Numbered from the stretch's first letter, positions 18,834 to 31,583 are shown. The stretch is DNA of 55,607 nucleotides from Candidatus Limnocylindria bacterium (GCA_041496945.1 JBGQFO010000004.1:1-55607), one strand, 5' to 3'. Notes: generated by a model not told the origin, from the letters alone. Numbers and translations are program-made.

Positions 18834-19494
18834 ATCGGGCCAGCTCCCAGATCGCGAGCGCCGCGGAAGCCGGCGTGACGCCCTTTGGGATGCCCGCGAT
18901 CCGCGGCCGATGCTCCACGGTGACCTCGGTCACCGGGCGATGACGCCGGCACAGGGTGATGAGCATCTCCGCCTCGAAGAAGTTCGACCGGCTGGTGACG
19001 ACGAGGCCGCGCAGATCCTCCCCGCGGTAGAGCTTGACGCTGTCGATGTCCTTCACCGGTAGCCGAAAGATCCAGCGCAGCCCCTTCGAGTACAGCTCCG
19101 CGATGAGCACCCGCACGCGTGGATCGCGCCGCGGGACGCGGCCGCCCACGACGAGCGCCATCCCCTCGCGCGCCGCCCACATCCGCTCGAGCGCGGTGGC
19201 CGGCACCTGTCCATCGGCGGGTGTGAAGTAGACCCACTCGCCGCCCGCGGTCGCGTACAGGCGCTTCATCGTGGCGGGGATCCCGGCGTTGCGTTCGTTG
19301 CGCAGGATGCGCACCTCCGGGTGGTCGGCGGCGGCGGCGGCGATGGACGCGGGCGTGCCATCGCTGCTGCCGTCATCACAGACGATCACCTCGACCTCGC
19401 CGGCGATGCGCCGCCCCGTCTCCACGTGCGCCGCGATGACGCCGCCGACGGTGCGCTCCTCGTTGTACGCGGGCACGACGACCGACAGCTTCAC
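18799..19494 (-). CDS. GT2 glycosyltransferase (polyprenol-phosphate sugar synthase-like), 231 aa
   Basis: MKLSVVVPAYNEE...CDDGSSDGT...NERNAG...PADGQ. GTGA overlap. Confidence 0.88.
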   Translation of the reverse strand: MKLSVVVPAYNEERTVGGVIAAHVETGRRIAGEVEVIVCDDGSSDGTPASIAAAAADHPEVRILRNERNAGIPATMKRLYATAGGEWVYFTPADGQVPATALERMWAAREGMALVVGGRVPRRDPRVRVLIAELYSKGLRWIFRLPVKDIDSVKLYRGEDLRGLVVTSRSNFFEAEMLITLCRRHRPVTEVTVEHRPRIAGIPKGVTPASAALAIWELARFMVADFARGRR

Positions 19495-19877
19495 GCGCCG
19501 ACCTCGTTCGCGACCTCGACCAGGTTTCCGTCGGGATCGCGGAAGTAGATCGAGCGCAGCGATCGGCGCGCTCCGGTCTTGTCCACCGGGCCGAGCTCGA
19601 TCGCCACCCCGACCCGCGCAAGGTGGTCGATCACCTCGGCCAGCGGGACATCCGTCGTGAAGCACAGGTCCGCGGAGCCGGGGGTCGGCGCACGCGCTCG
19701 CGGCTCGAACTCCCGGCCGGCCCGGTGGAGGTTCAGCTTCTGGTCCCCGAACGCGAGTGCCCGCCGGCCGTCACCGAAGGTGACCGGCCGCAGGCCCAGG
19801 GTCCGCTCATAGAAGGAGAGCGTCCGGTCGATGTCGCGGACCGTGAGCACGACGTGATCGATCCGCTGGACCCTCAT
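19491..19877 (-). CDS. VOC/glyoxalase family protein, 128 aa
   Basis: IDHVVLTVRD...FGDQKLNLH...PTPGSADLCF...SIYFRDPDGNLVE. Confidence 0.92.
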   Translation of the reverse strand: MRVQRIDHVVLTVRDIDRTLSFYERTLGLRPVTFGDGRRALAFGDQKLNLHRAGREFEPRARAPTPGSADLCFTTDVPLAEVIDHLARVGVAIELGPVDKTGARRSLRSIYFRDPDGNLVEVANEVGA

Positions 19878-20350
19878 CGACGGCCCTCGGCCCAGGCTGC
19901 GGCGGCCGCGGTGTGGCGCTCGATCATGCCGCGCTGGTCCGCGCGGACGTCCGGCAGCTCGTCGGCCGGGAAGCCTCGCACCTCGGCGACCTCGCTCGAG
20001 AGGACCGGCGTCCCGCCGGTGACGCGGTATGCGAACACGACCTCGACCCGCTGCCAGCGGTAGCCGGTGATGACCTCGAGCACCGGACCGACCTCGACCG
20101 CGAGCCCGGTCTCCTCCGCGATCTCGCGCGCGAGGGCATCCTCCACTCGCTCGCGCTGAGCCAGGAATCCGCCGAGGAACCGCCACTGCGGCGCGCCGAA
20201 GCGATGGCGCGCCAGGAGGACCCGCCCCTCCGCGTCGATGCCCAGCCCGGTCACGCCGACGAGGAACCGTTCATGCGCCGCGGTCATGAAGCGACGCTGC
20301 CACCGGACCGGGAACGCGTTGAACACGAGCGCGAGGGCGCGCATCAGCAT
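19874..20350 (-). CDS. NUDIX hydrolase, 158 aa
   Basis: Nudix box GGFLAQRERVEDALAREIAEETGL. TAACCT sits 7 nt before the ATG. Confidence 0.9.
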   Translation of the reverse strand: MLMRALALVFNAFPVRWQRRFMTAAHERFLVGVTGLGIDAEGRVLLARHRFGAPQWRFLGGFLAQRERVEDALAREIAEETGLAVEVGPVLEVITGYRWQRVEVVFAYRVTGGTPVLSSEVAEVRGFPADELPDVRADQRGMIERHTAAAAAWAEGRR

Positions 20351-20398
20351 GCGCCAAAGGTTAGGCGAGCGACGTAGCCGACGGGGAGCGGAGCGGTG

Positions 20399-20548
20399 CG
20401 TCGAGCGCGAGGCGGGAGCGTCGGACACGAATCGAGCGAGAGCCAGGCCCGCCAGCGTCGCTGCGACGAGGGACGACAAGGAGGTTGCGCTGGCGTGGCC
20501 TGATTCGAGCGAGAGACGTGTCCTGCGCTAGACGCCTCGCGCTCGACG
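20399..20548. repeat. 150-bp long hairpin, MITE/REP-like element or structured RNA
   Basis: Perfect 16-bp terminal inverted repeat CGTCGAGCGCGAGGCG (20399-20414) / CGCCTCGCGCTCGACG (20533-20548), with nested stems GGACACG/CGTGTCC and GCCAGCG/CGCTGGC. Confidence 0.75.
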
Positions 20549-20553
20549 TGAAG

Positions 20554-21678
20554 CTACTGACCCGCGCGGATCCCCACGCTCACGATGCCGTGCGCTTTGG
20601 TCACGGGGATCTTCTGGACCACCAGGCGCGTGTGGACGTCGATCACGTTCACCATGCCGTCAACGTTCGTCGTGACGAGGATGCGGTCACCCTCCGGGTC
20701 GTACGTCGAGTGGAACGGCTGCTGCCCGAGCTTCGTCTCGCCGACGATGTGGCGCTCGCGCCAGTCGACCCAGAGCAGCGAGGGCCCGAGGTGATCGGAG
20801 AGCAGCATGATGCTGGTGTCCTCGGGTGTGTACATGCCGTCCTGCAACGGCTTGAGCGTGTGGAAGGGATACCGGCCCGGGAAGTGGATCTCCTGCTTGA
20901 CCTTCTTCGCGATCGGGTCGTAGATGACCATGCGATCGGATGGCTTGTCGATGAAACCGCTGCTGCTGGACCAGACCTCGCTGCCGTCGGGTGTGAAGTA
21001 GGCGTCGTGGACATCGCCGATCCGGATCTTCGTGATCTGCTTCGTATCCAGGTCGATCACGCGGAGCACATCACTTTCGCCGGAGTTCGTGACCGAGAAC
21101 CACATCTCGTTCGGATGGCCCGTGTTGATCGTGAGCACGTGCTGCGGGACACCGACCATGAGCGGCGTGCTCGTCCAGGTGCCCGTCTGGATCGCCGCGA
21201 TGTAGTTGTCCTTCTCGTGACCGACGTAGAGCATCTTCCCGTCCGGCGAGAAGCTGAGCCCGTGGGGCTGCTTGCCGACGGGGATGCGGACGATCTCCTT
21301 CAGCGCGATCGGGTCGATGATCGAGGTGGTGTTCGCCATGCGGTTGTTGACCGCGACGTACCTGCCGTCCGGCGACACGGCCATCTGATGCGGCATCCGG
21401 CCGACGGGGATCTTGGTGACCATCTGGAAGGGCGAGTCCGGCGCGGCCTCCATCACCCAGACCTGATCCGTGGATTCGGAGGCGACGAAGACCCGCAGCT
21501 TCTGGTACAGCCGGATGTCCGGCGTGGGCGCGGGCAGCGCGGCGACGACGACCGCCGCGTCGGGCTGCGCAGGCGCGAGCGTCGCATCGGGGATCGGCGG
21601 AGCCGGAGGGCCGACGGATGTGCCCGCACAAGAGGCGAGCACGAGCGCACACGTCGCGATGACTGCGATGACCCTCAC
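20554..21678 (-). CDS. YncE/YVTN-type beta-propeller lipoprotein, His-rich
   Basis: Lipobox VLASC, Pro/Ala linker, repeats KIPVGRMPHQMAVSPDG and RIPVGKQPHGLSFSPDG. GTG 21678 is preferred over TTG 21735. Confidence 0.82.
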   Translation of the reverse strand: MRVIAVIATCALVLASCAGTSVGPPAPPIPDATLAPAQPDAAVVVAALPAPTPDIRLYQKLRVFVASESTDQVWVMEAAPDSPFQMVTKIPVGRMPHQMAVSPDGRYVAVNNRMANTTSIIDPIALKEIVRIPVGKQPHGLSFSPDGKMLYVGHEKDNYIAAIQTGTWTSTPLMVGVPQHVLTINTGHPNEMWFSVTNSGESDVLRVIDLDTKQITKIRIGDVHDAYFTPDGSEVWSSSSGFIDKPSDRMVIYDPIAKKVKQEIHFPGRYPFHTLKPLQDGMYTPEDTSIMLLSDHLGPSLLWVDWRERHIVGETKLGQQPFHSTYDPEGDRILVTTNVDGMVNVIDVHTRLVVQKIPVTKAHGIVSVGIRAGQ

Positions 21679-21759
21679 TGCCCACCCGCTGCGCGGTGCG
21701 CGTCGCCTTTCGTCAAAGACGCGCGCTCGGGCCAATGTATCGATGGTCAGACCAGAACG

Positions 21760-22178
21760 CTAGGTCCGACCGCGGCGTCTCCGTTCACTGACACGGATCC
21801 GCACCAGTGCCCGCTGCAGCGCCGCCCGTGCGCGAGCCTCGTCGGCGGCCGACAGGATGCCGGCCTGGGCAAGCTGCTCCTGCGCGCGCTCGCGTGCCTG
21901 CTGGGCGCGCTGCGCGTCGATCTCCTCGGCCGGCTCGGCGGCCTCGGTCAGAACGACGACCCGATCGGCGCGCACGTCCATGAACCCGCCGAACACGGCC
22001 AGGACCTCCTCGATGCCGGCTTTCTTCACGCGGAATTCGCCCGGCCCGAGCGCGGTGAGCAGAGGCGCGTGCCGAGGCAGGATCCCGAGGTACCCCTCGC
22101 TGCCGGGCGCGATGACCATGTCCACGTCGTCCTCGTAGACCCTGCGCTCCGGGGTGATGACCTCGAGGTGGATGGGCA

Positions 22179-22179
<1 letters not shown>
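21760..22179 (-). CDS. atpC: F-type ATP synthase subunit epsilon
   Basis: IHLEVITPERRVY...GYLGILPRHAPLLTAL...GGFMDV, and operon position. Confidence 0.95.
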
Positions 22180-24465
<2,286 letters not shown>

Positions 24466-24468
24466 CGG

Positions 24469-26034
<1,566 letters not shown>

Positions 26035-26053
26035 CTCTCTTCTTCTCCTCGGT

Positions 26054-26584
26054 CTAGCCCGCGAGCTGCCGCGCCAGTTGTTCCAGCTGATTGACCAGCG
26101 ATCCGTCGATGAGGCGGTCGCCGACCTGCACCTTCGCCCCGCCGATGAGCGCGGGGTCGACGGCGAATGTCGCGCGGATCTTCGCGCCGCTCGACCGCTC
26201 GAGACGAACGACCAAACCGTCGCGCAAAGACTCGTCGAGCGCGACGGACGTGGTGATCTTCGCCTTTACGATGCCCTCCCGCCGGTCCACCAGGTCGCCG
26301 AAGGCGCGAGCGATCTCCGGCACGAGCCCGACCCGGTCCCGCTGCAGGAGGAGATCGAGGACGGCCCGCGCCGCCACGGGCTCATCCCGCGTCGCGGCCT
26401 CGAGCGCGGCGCGCCTCCGCTCGTACGGCACGCGCGGATCGCGCAGCACGTGGACGACGTCCGGCCCGAGCGCGGCCGCGAGGCGATCGAGAGACAACCG
26501 GTACGTCCCGACGGCGCCCTCCTCCGTGGCGACGTCGAGGAGCGCCTGCGCATAGCGCCGAGGACCCGAGCCACCGAGCGCCAT
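26054..26584 (-). CDS. atpH: F-type ATP synthase subunit delta
   Basis: RRYAQALLD...[21 protein letters not shown]. Confidence 0.95.
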   Translation of the reverse strand: MALGGSGPRRYAQALLDVATEEGAVGTYRLSLDRLAAALGPDVVHVLRDPRVPYERRRAALEAATRDEPVAARAVLDLLLQRDRVGLVPEIARAFGDLVDRREGIVKAKITTSVALDESLRDGLVVRLERSSGAKIRATFAVDPALIGGAKVQVGDRLIDGSLVNQLEQLARQLAG

Positions 26585-27120
26585 CAGTTCTTCTTCAACT
26601 CGGCACCGGCTTCGTTCAGCGATTGTTCGATGAGCGCGCGATGCTGGTCGGCGCTGATCTCGCGCCCGAGCAGACGGCTCGCCGCGAGGACGACCATCGA
26701 CGCGACCTCGCTCCGGAGCTGCGTGAGCGCCTGGTCGTGGAGGGCCTGCGCGTCCGCTCGGCCCTTGTCACGGATGCGATCCGCCTCCGCCCGCGCCTGC
26801 GTGCGGACCTCCGCCGCGGCCACCTCGGCCGCCCCGGTCATCTTCTCGGAGATGGCCGACGCCTCCAGACGCGCCTCGGTCAGAAGCCGCTCCACCTCGG
26901 TCTGCATGCGCAGCCGCTCGGCCTTCGCGTCCTCCGCCATCTGGAGCCCTTCGCGGATCTTCGCGGCACGCGAATCGAGCGTGCGCATGATCGGGCCCCA
27001 CATGAACGCGCGCAGCAGGTACAGGAGCACCAGGAAGTTGACGATCGATACGAGCACCCAGAACGGGTGCACCACCAGCGCGGTCGGCGATGACTCCTCC
27101 GCGAGCGTACCGAAGAGCAT
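26584..27120 (-). CDS. atpF: F-type ATP synthase subunit b
   Basis: TM IVNFLVLLYLLRAFMWGPI followed by a coiled coil, and operon position. Confidence 0.95.
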   Translation of the reverse strand: MLFGTLAEESSPTALVVHPFWVLVSIVNFLVLLYLLRAFMWGPIMRTLDSRAAKIREGLQMAEDAKAERLRMQTEVERLLTEARLEASAISEKMTGAAEVAAAEVRTQARAEADRIRDKGRADAQALHDQALTQLRSEVASMVVLAASRLLGREISADQHRALIEQSLNEAGAELKKN

Positions 27121-27123
27121 CGC

Positions 27124-27348
27124 TTAGAGCGCCTTGCCCTGGAGCAGGAAGGCGATGACGAACGAGAAGATGCCGAGCGACTCGGCGAAGACGACGATGA
27201 TGATGCCATTCGTCCGGATCGCGTTCGCCGCGTCAGGGTTGCGACCGGTCGCCTCCGCGACCTTCGAGCCCGCGATGCCGATACCGAGACCCGCGCCGAG
27301 CGCGCCGAACCCGATCGCGATGCCAGCGCCAAGCCAGGCAAGACTCAT
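27124..27348 (-). CDS. atpE: F-type ATP synthase subunit c, 74 aa
   Basis: GAGLGIG, GRNPDA loop, catalytic Glu in VFAESL. SD GGAGG upstream. Confidence 0.96.
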   Translation of the reverse strand: MSLAWLGAGIAIGFGALGAGLGIGIAGSKVAEATGRNPDAANAIRTNGIIIVVFAESLGIFSFVIAFLLQGKAL

Positions 27349-27367
27349 CGATGAACCTCCTCGCGTT

Positions 27368-28276
27368 TTAGGCCGCGTGAGCCGCTTCGAGATGCTCCGC
27401 GTGCTCCTCGCCACCATGCGACTCGAGCGCCAGGATGATGTAGAGGAGCACGAGGAACGCGAACACGAACGCCTGGATGAAGCCGATGAAGAGCTCGAGC
27501 CCGAGGAACGGGAGCACCAGGCTCGGCACGAACAGGAGCGCGGCGAGCACCGAGAGCACGATCTCGCCGCCCCAGATGTTGCCCCAGAGACGGAGCGTCA
27601 GCGTGAGGATGCGGAACAGCTCGCTGAAGAGCTCGATGAAGCCGACGAGGATCATGACCACGCCGACGAGCACGCCGTCCCTGAAGCCGGTGAAGTTGAT
27701 CCAGCGGCTGAAGTAGCCAATGCCGTTCTTCCGGATGCCCGCGCCCTGGTACCAGAAGAATCCGGTGAGCGCGAGGCCGAGGTTGGTGTGGTAGTCCGCC
27801 GTCGGGGAGTGCAGGAGCTCGATCTGCCCGACGAGCGGCACGACGCCGAGCCAGTTCGAGAAGAGCGCGAACAGGAAGAGCGTGCCGAAGAGCGGCAGGA
27901 AGCGCACGACCTCGGGACCTCCGGCGTCCTTCATGAAGTCGACGAGCGTCTGGACGATGAGCTCGAAGAAGCCCTGGAGCCGTCCCGGCACCGCGCTCAC
28001 CGCGCGACCCGCCAGCGCGCCGAGCACGACGAGGACGAGCATCACCAGCCAGGCGGTGAAGATCGAGTTGGAGATGCTGATGTCGTTCCAGATCGAGATG
28101 ACGCCGCCTGCCGACGGTGCGGCCTCACCACCGAGGTGGATGAGCGGCGTGCCCGCCTGATCGGCGACGTGGATGTCGCTCTGCCCCGGAGGCCAGTTCG
28201 GAAGGTTCCCGGTGAGGGCCGCGCCGAGCACGGCGATGCCGTTCAGCAGCAGCACGACCATCACGACCTGTCTCAC
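27368..28276 (-). CDS. atpB: F-type ATP synthase subunit a
   Basis: PGRLQGFFE, SNWLG, PTADY, LTLRLWGNI, ELFIGFIQAFVF. Confidence 0.95.
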   Translation of the reverse strand: MRQVVMVVLLLNGIAVLGAALTGNLPNWPPGQSDIHVADQAGTPLIHLGGEAAPSAGGVISIWNDISISNSIFTAWLVMLVLVVLGALAGRAVSAVPGRLQGFFELIVQTLVDFMKDAGGPEVVRFLPLFGTLFLFALFSNWLGVVPLVGQIELLHSPTADYHTNLGLALTGFFWYQGAGIRKNGIGYFSRWINFTGFRDGVLVGVVMILVGFIELFSELFRILTLTLRLWGNIWGGEIVLSVLAALLFVPSLVLPFLGLELFIGFIQAFVFAFLVLLYIILALESHGGEEHAEHLEAAHAA

Positions 28277-28602
28277 TCGCCCTCTTCCCCCGCCTCTTTC
28301 TTCGCCTCTCGTTCCGCGATCTCGCGCTCCCAGCGCCGTCCGGCCTCGCGCGCCGCCTCGCTCGTCGGCTGCGCCGGATTGGCGTCGATGTAGCGCTTGA
28401 TGATCACGAACATCCCCAGCCCCGCGACCGCCAGCCCGACCAGGATCGACACGAGCGCGAGATTCGGCGCCGTGCCGAGCGCATCGTCCAGCTTCTGCCC
28501 GACATACGCGGCGACGAGCAGCGGCGCTCCCACGACCACCGCCACCTGGAAGCCCATGGATAGAAGATCGCCGCCGTAGCTGCCGGAACCACGCTCGGGC
28601 AA
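28273..28602 (-). CDS. AtpZ/AtpI-family protein
   Basis: Two TMs flanking YVGQKLDDALGTAP, first gene of the atp operon. The start is uncertain (28641, 28602 or the ATG of MGFQ). Confidence 0.8.
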   Translation of the reverse strand: MPERGSGSYGGDLLSMGFQVAVVVGAPLLVAAYVGQKLDDALGTAPNLALVSILVGLAVAGLGMFVIIKRYIDANPAQPTSEAAREAGRRWEREIAEREAKKEAGEEGE

Positions 28603-28648
28603 TGCAAGGAACAGGTTAGCGGCGTGGCCGCTCCTGCTCAACCGCGGG

Positions 28649-29605
28649 TCAGAGCCAGCCGCGCCTCTTGAAGTACACGGCCGTGCCGAGCGTCGCGGCG
28701 ATCATGCCGAACATGATCAGGATGAAGAGCAGCGGATCGTCGTACGGGATGAACGTCCAGTTCTGGCCGAAGAAGCCGGTGACCACGCCGAGGATGAGCA
28801 GCACCGTCGCGATGCTGGTGAGGACCTTCATCACCTCGTTCAGGCGATTCGACTGCGCGGCGAGGTGCGCGTCCACGACGTTCGAGACGAGATCGCGGAA
28901 GGTGTCGACCTCGTCGGTCACCCGCACGATGTGGTCGTAGAGGTCCTGGAAGTACGCGCGCCGGCCGGTCTCGCGGAGCTCGCGGATGTCCCCACGCACG
29001 AGCGATCCGGCGACCTCGCGCTCCGGGGCGATGACCTTGCGGATCGCGAGGAGGTCGCGCTTGAGCTTGAACAGCTCGCGGATCGAGGTCTGCGTATCGC
29101 GCGGGTCGCCGTCGATGACCATCGCCTCGAGCAGCTCGACCCGATCGCCGAGACCGTCGAGGATGTCGAAGTAGCTGTCGACGATGGTGTCGAGGATCGC
29201 GTGGAGCAGCAGTCCGGTCGTCGCGAGCTTGCCCTCACGGAAGCGCCGCTCGACGACGTTGAGCGCGGGGAACGAGCCCTCGTGCACGGTGACGATGGCG
29301 TTGTGCTTCATGAAGATGGCGAGCTCGCGATGGTGGATCACGTCTGGACTCGGCTCCTCGAGCGCGTAGACGACCATGAAGTAGTGGTCGTCGTACTCGT
29401 CGATCTTGGGGCGCTGGTGCTGGTGCTGGGCGTCCTCGACCGCGAGCGGGTGCAGGTTCAGATCGGCCGCCACCTGGCGCAGCTCCTCACCCTTCGGGTC
29501 GGCGATGTCCAGCCAGCAGCAATGCTCGTCGCGCAGCTGGGCGATCTGATCCGACGGACGCTCCGCGACCGTCGTCGCTTCCTTGACGAGAAGTCGAGCA
29601 GGCAT
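28649..29605 (-). CDS. corA: CorA-family divalent cation transporter with a GQN signature
   Basis: WLDI, LHPLAVED, QRPKIDEY, YFQDLYDH, RLNEVMKVLT, GFFGQNW. TATCCT sits 6 nt before the ATG. Confidence 0.9.
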   Translation of the reverse strand: MPARLLVKEATTVAERPSDQIAQLRDEHCCWLDIADPKGEELRQVAADLNLHPLAVEDAQHQHQRPKIDEYDDHYFMVVYALEEPSPDVIHHRELAIFMKHNAIVTVHEGSFPALNVVERRFREGKLATTGLLLHAILDTIVDSYFDILDGLGDRVELLEAMVIDGDPRDTQTSIRELFKLKRDLLAIRKVIAPEREVAGSLVRGDIRELRETGRRAYFQDLYDHIVRVTDEVDTFRDLVSNVVDAHLAAQSNRLNEVMKVLTSIATVLLILGVVTGFFGQNWTFIPYDDPLLFILIMFGMIAATLGTAVYFKRRGWL

Positions 29606-29643
29606 CCGCAGAGGATAGGCCCGAAAGCGGTATACCCAGCCGC

Positions 29644-30144
29644 GTGAAGCCAACGGGGTTGCGCTCCGCGCAGGAGGTCGTGCCCAGGCTTGGCGCGCAG
29701 GCCGGATTCCCGGCTCTGCGCATCGGCGACGTTTCCGCGTACGACCGTCCCATCGAGCACCTCGCCGGACAGCTCGACGTCCTGGCGCTGAAGGTGCCCG
29801 TCCGCAAGCCCGACGGGCGGTATGGCCTCGTGCTGTGCTTCGCGCTCGAGGAGTGCGATCTCGATCGGCTCGCCGCGGAGCTCGTGCGCATCACGCACGC
29901 CGACGGCGTGCTGTGGGTGGTGGTGTGGAAGAAGGCGCACCTGCCCGGGGGCGCGCCGTCCTGGGACGATGCCCAGGAGACGGTCCTCCGCACCGGCTGG
30001 GTCGACAACAAGATCCTGTCGCTCGGTGACCAGATCTACGCGACGCGCTACGTGCGCCGTCGCCGGCCGGGGAAGATGAGCGCGGCAGCTCCCCCGGGGC
30101 CGGGGGCCGAGCGGGGAACACGCAGCCGCTCCCGATCGTCGTAA
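29644..30144 (+). CDS. DUF3052-like hypothetical protein
   Basis: GVLWVVVWKK...GWVDNKILSLGDQIYATRYVRR resembles the DUF3052 C-terminus. Confidence 0.6.
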   Translation: MKPTGLRSAQEVVPRLGAQAGFPALRIGDVSAYDRPIEHLAGQLDVLALKVPVRKPDGRYGLVLCFALEECDLDRLAAELVRITHADGVLWVVVWKKAHLPGGAPSWDDAQETVLRTGWVDNKILSLGDQIYATRYVRRRRPGKMSAAAPPGPGAERGTRSRSRSS

Positions 30145-30148
30145 GAGC

Positions 30149-31033
30149 GTGAGCGTCCGCGCGCTGCTCTGTCTTGTGCTCGCCGCTCTGGTGAGCGCGT
30201 GCGCAGGCGGCGTCGCCGCAAGCCCCACACCCGCGCCGCCGCCGCTCCCGATGGCCGAGCTCAAGTACCGCGTGATGGACGCGGGCGGTCGGATCAGCTT
30301 CTGCGATCCCGACTTCTACCCCGTCGCGCGGGCCGACGAGAGCGTGCTGGCGAAGGCGAAGATCGGTGAGATCCAGCAGGACACCGAGACGTACGCGGCG
30401 ATCGCAAAGCGCGTCGGGACCGACACGCTCGCCGTCTATCGCGAGTGGAAGGCGCTGAACGCACTGCGTCTTGTGTCCGCGGGTGCGTCCTGGACGTTCG
30501 GCTACCGCTCGACGGGCGATCCCTCTTTCAGCGCGGCCGATCCGAAGGCCGGCGGCAAGCAGATCGAGGGATCGGTCGACACCTACGGGAAGGTGGTCAT
30601 CACCAGGCGGACCGATGCGGGTCCCCTCAACTGCCCGATCTGCCTCGCCCGCGGCACGCGCATCGCGACCCCCAGCGGAGAGCTCGCGGTCGAGGACCTG
30701 CGCGTCGGCGACATCGTCTGGACGCAGGGCGCCCGCGGCGAACGCGTGGCCGCGCCGCTTGTCGCGATCGGCAACACGCCGGTGCCGGACACGCATGAGG
30801 TCGTGCGGGTCGCCCTGGCCGACGGGCGAACGGTGCTCGTCTCCCCCGGTCACCCGACCGCGGATGGCCGGAGGGTCGGCGAGCTGCGCGCGGGCGACGT
30901 GCTCGACGGCGCGGTGATCGTCTCTGCGGAGCGTGTTCGCTACACCGCCGGCTCCACCTACGACGTGCTGCCGGCAGGCGCCACCGGCGCGTACTGGGCA
31001 AATGGCGTGCTGCTCGGGAGCACGCTCCGCTAG
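30149..31033 (+). CDS. Lipoprotein with C-terminal Hint autoprocessing domain, 294 aa
   Basis: Lipobox LVSAC. The Hint domain starts at Cys165 (nt 30641): CLARGTRIATPSGELAVEDLRVGD...SPGHP...TYDV...ANGVLLGST. Confidence 0.85.
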   Translation: MSVRALLCLVLAALVSACAGGVAASPTPAPPPLPMAELKYRVMDAGGRISFCDPDFYPVARADESVLAKAKIGEIQQDTETYAAIAKRVGTDTLAVYREWKALNALRLVSAGASWTFGYRSTGDPSFSAADPKAGGKQIEGSVDTYGKVVITRRTDAGPLNCPICLARGTRIATPSGELAVEDLRVGDIVWTQGARGERVAAPLVAIGNTPVPDTHEVVRVALADGRTVLVSPGHPTADGRRVGELRAGDVLDGAVIVSAERVRYTAGSTYDVLPAGATGAYWANGVLLGSTLR

Positions 31034-31040
31034 GTGCTGC

Positions 31041-31583
31041 TTACCGGGTCAGGTGACCCGGGATCACGGCATCGCTGCGCACGTACACCCGACCGCCACT
31101 CACCGTCAGCACCAGCTCGTCGAGGGACCAGGGGCTTGGGCCGCCGATGCGTTCGCCGGCGAAGTTGTAGATCGAGCCATGACAGACATCGTGGAGCATC
31201 GCCGGGAACGAACCCCATGGCAGCGTGCGCGCCGGAAGGAGCTCGATCTCGCAGCGGTTCCGCGGGTCGACCCCGATGAAGCCGCGAACCTCGTCGCCGT
31301 CGCGGACGAGGTAGACAGGGAGCTCCTTCGACGTGTTGAGTCGCGTAGCGCCGGACCAACCGCCGTGGCGCAAACGCTCCGCCTTGAGATCGAGCCCGAT
31401 CAGCTCCGACGACACGAAGCGAACGGGCACGCCTTGCGGCAGCGCCGCCACGTTCGTGATGGGTACCACCGGATCGCGAGCGAGCTCGTGCGGCAGGAGC
31501 ACCGCGACCACGGCGGCCGCGAGCGTGACCATCCCGAGGACCGCTCCCGTGGCGAACAGCGCGCGGCCGGTCCTGCGTGTCAC
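31041..31583 (-). CDS. Membrane-anchored Rieske-fold protein with degenerate Fe-S ligands, 180 aa
   Basis: N-terminal TM, then DPRNRC and DVCHGSIY...G..IGGPSPWSL aligning to Rieske boxes I and II and the downstream GP motif. Confidence 0.72.
   Translation of the reverse strand: MTRRTGRALFATGAVLGMVTLAAAVVAVLLPHELARDPVVPITNVAALPQGVPVRFVSSELIGLDLKAERLRHGGWSGATRLNTSKELPVYLVRDGDEVRGFIGVDPRNRCEIELLPARTLPWGSFPAMLHDVCHGSIYNFAGERIGGPSPWSLDELVLTVSGGRVYVRSDAVIPGHLTR

Noticed and set aside
27124-27348. Na+-translocating ATP synthase (AtpE has an ES pair)
   Set aside because: The first-helix Gln/Glu of the Na+ motif is Ile (GLGIGIAG) and the Thr/Tyr positions are Leu/Phe, so H+ coupling is more likely.
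30641-31033. Splicing intein
   Set aside because: There is no terminal His-Asn, no C-extein, no endonuclease, and no conserved host gene.
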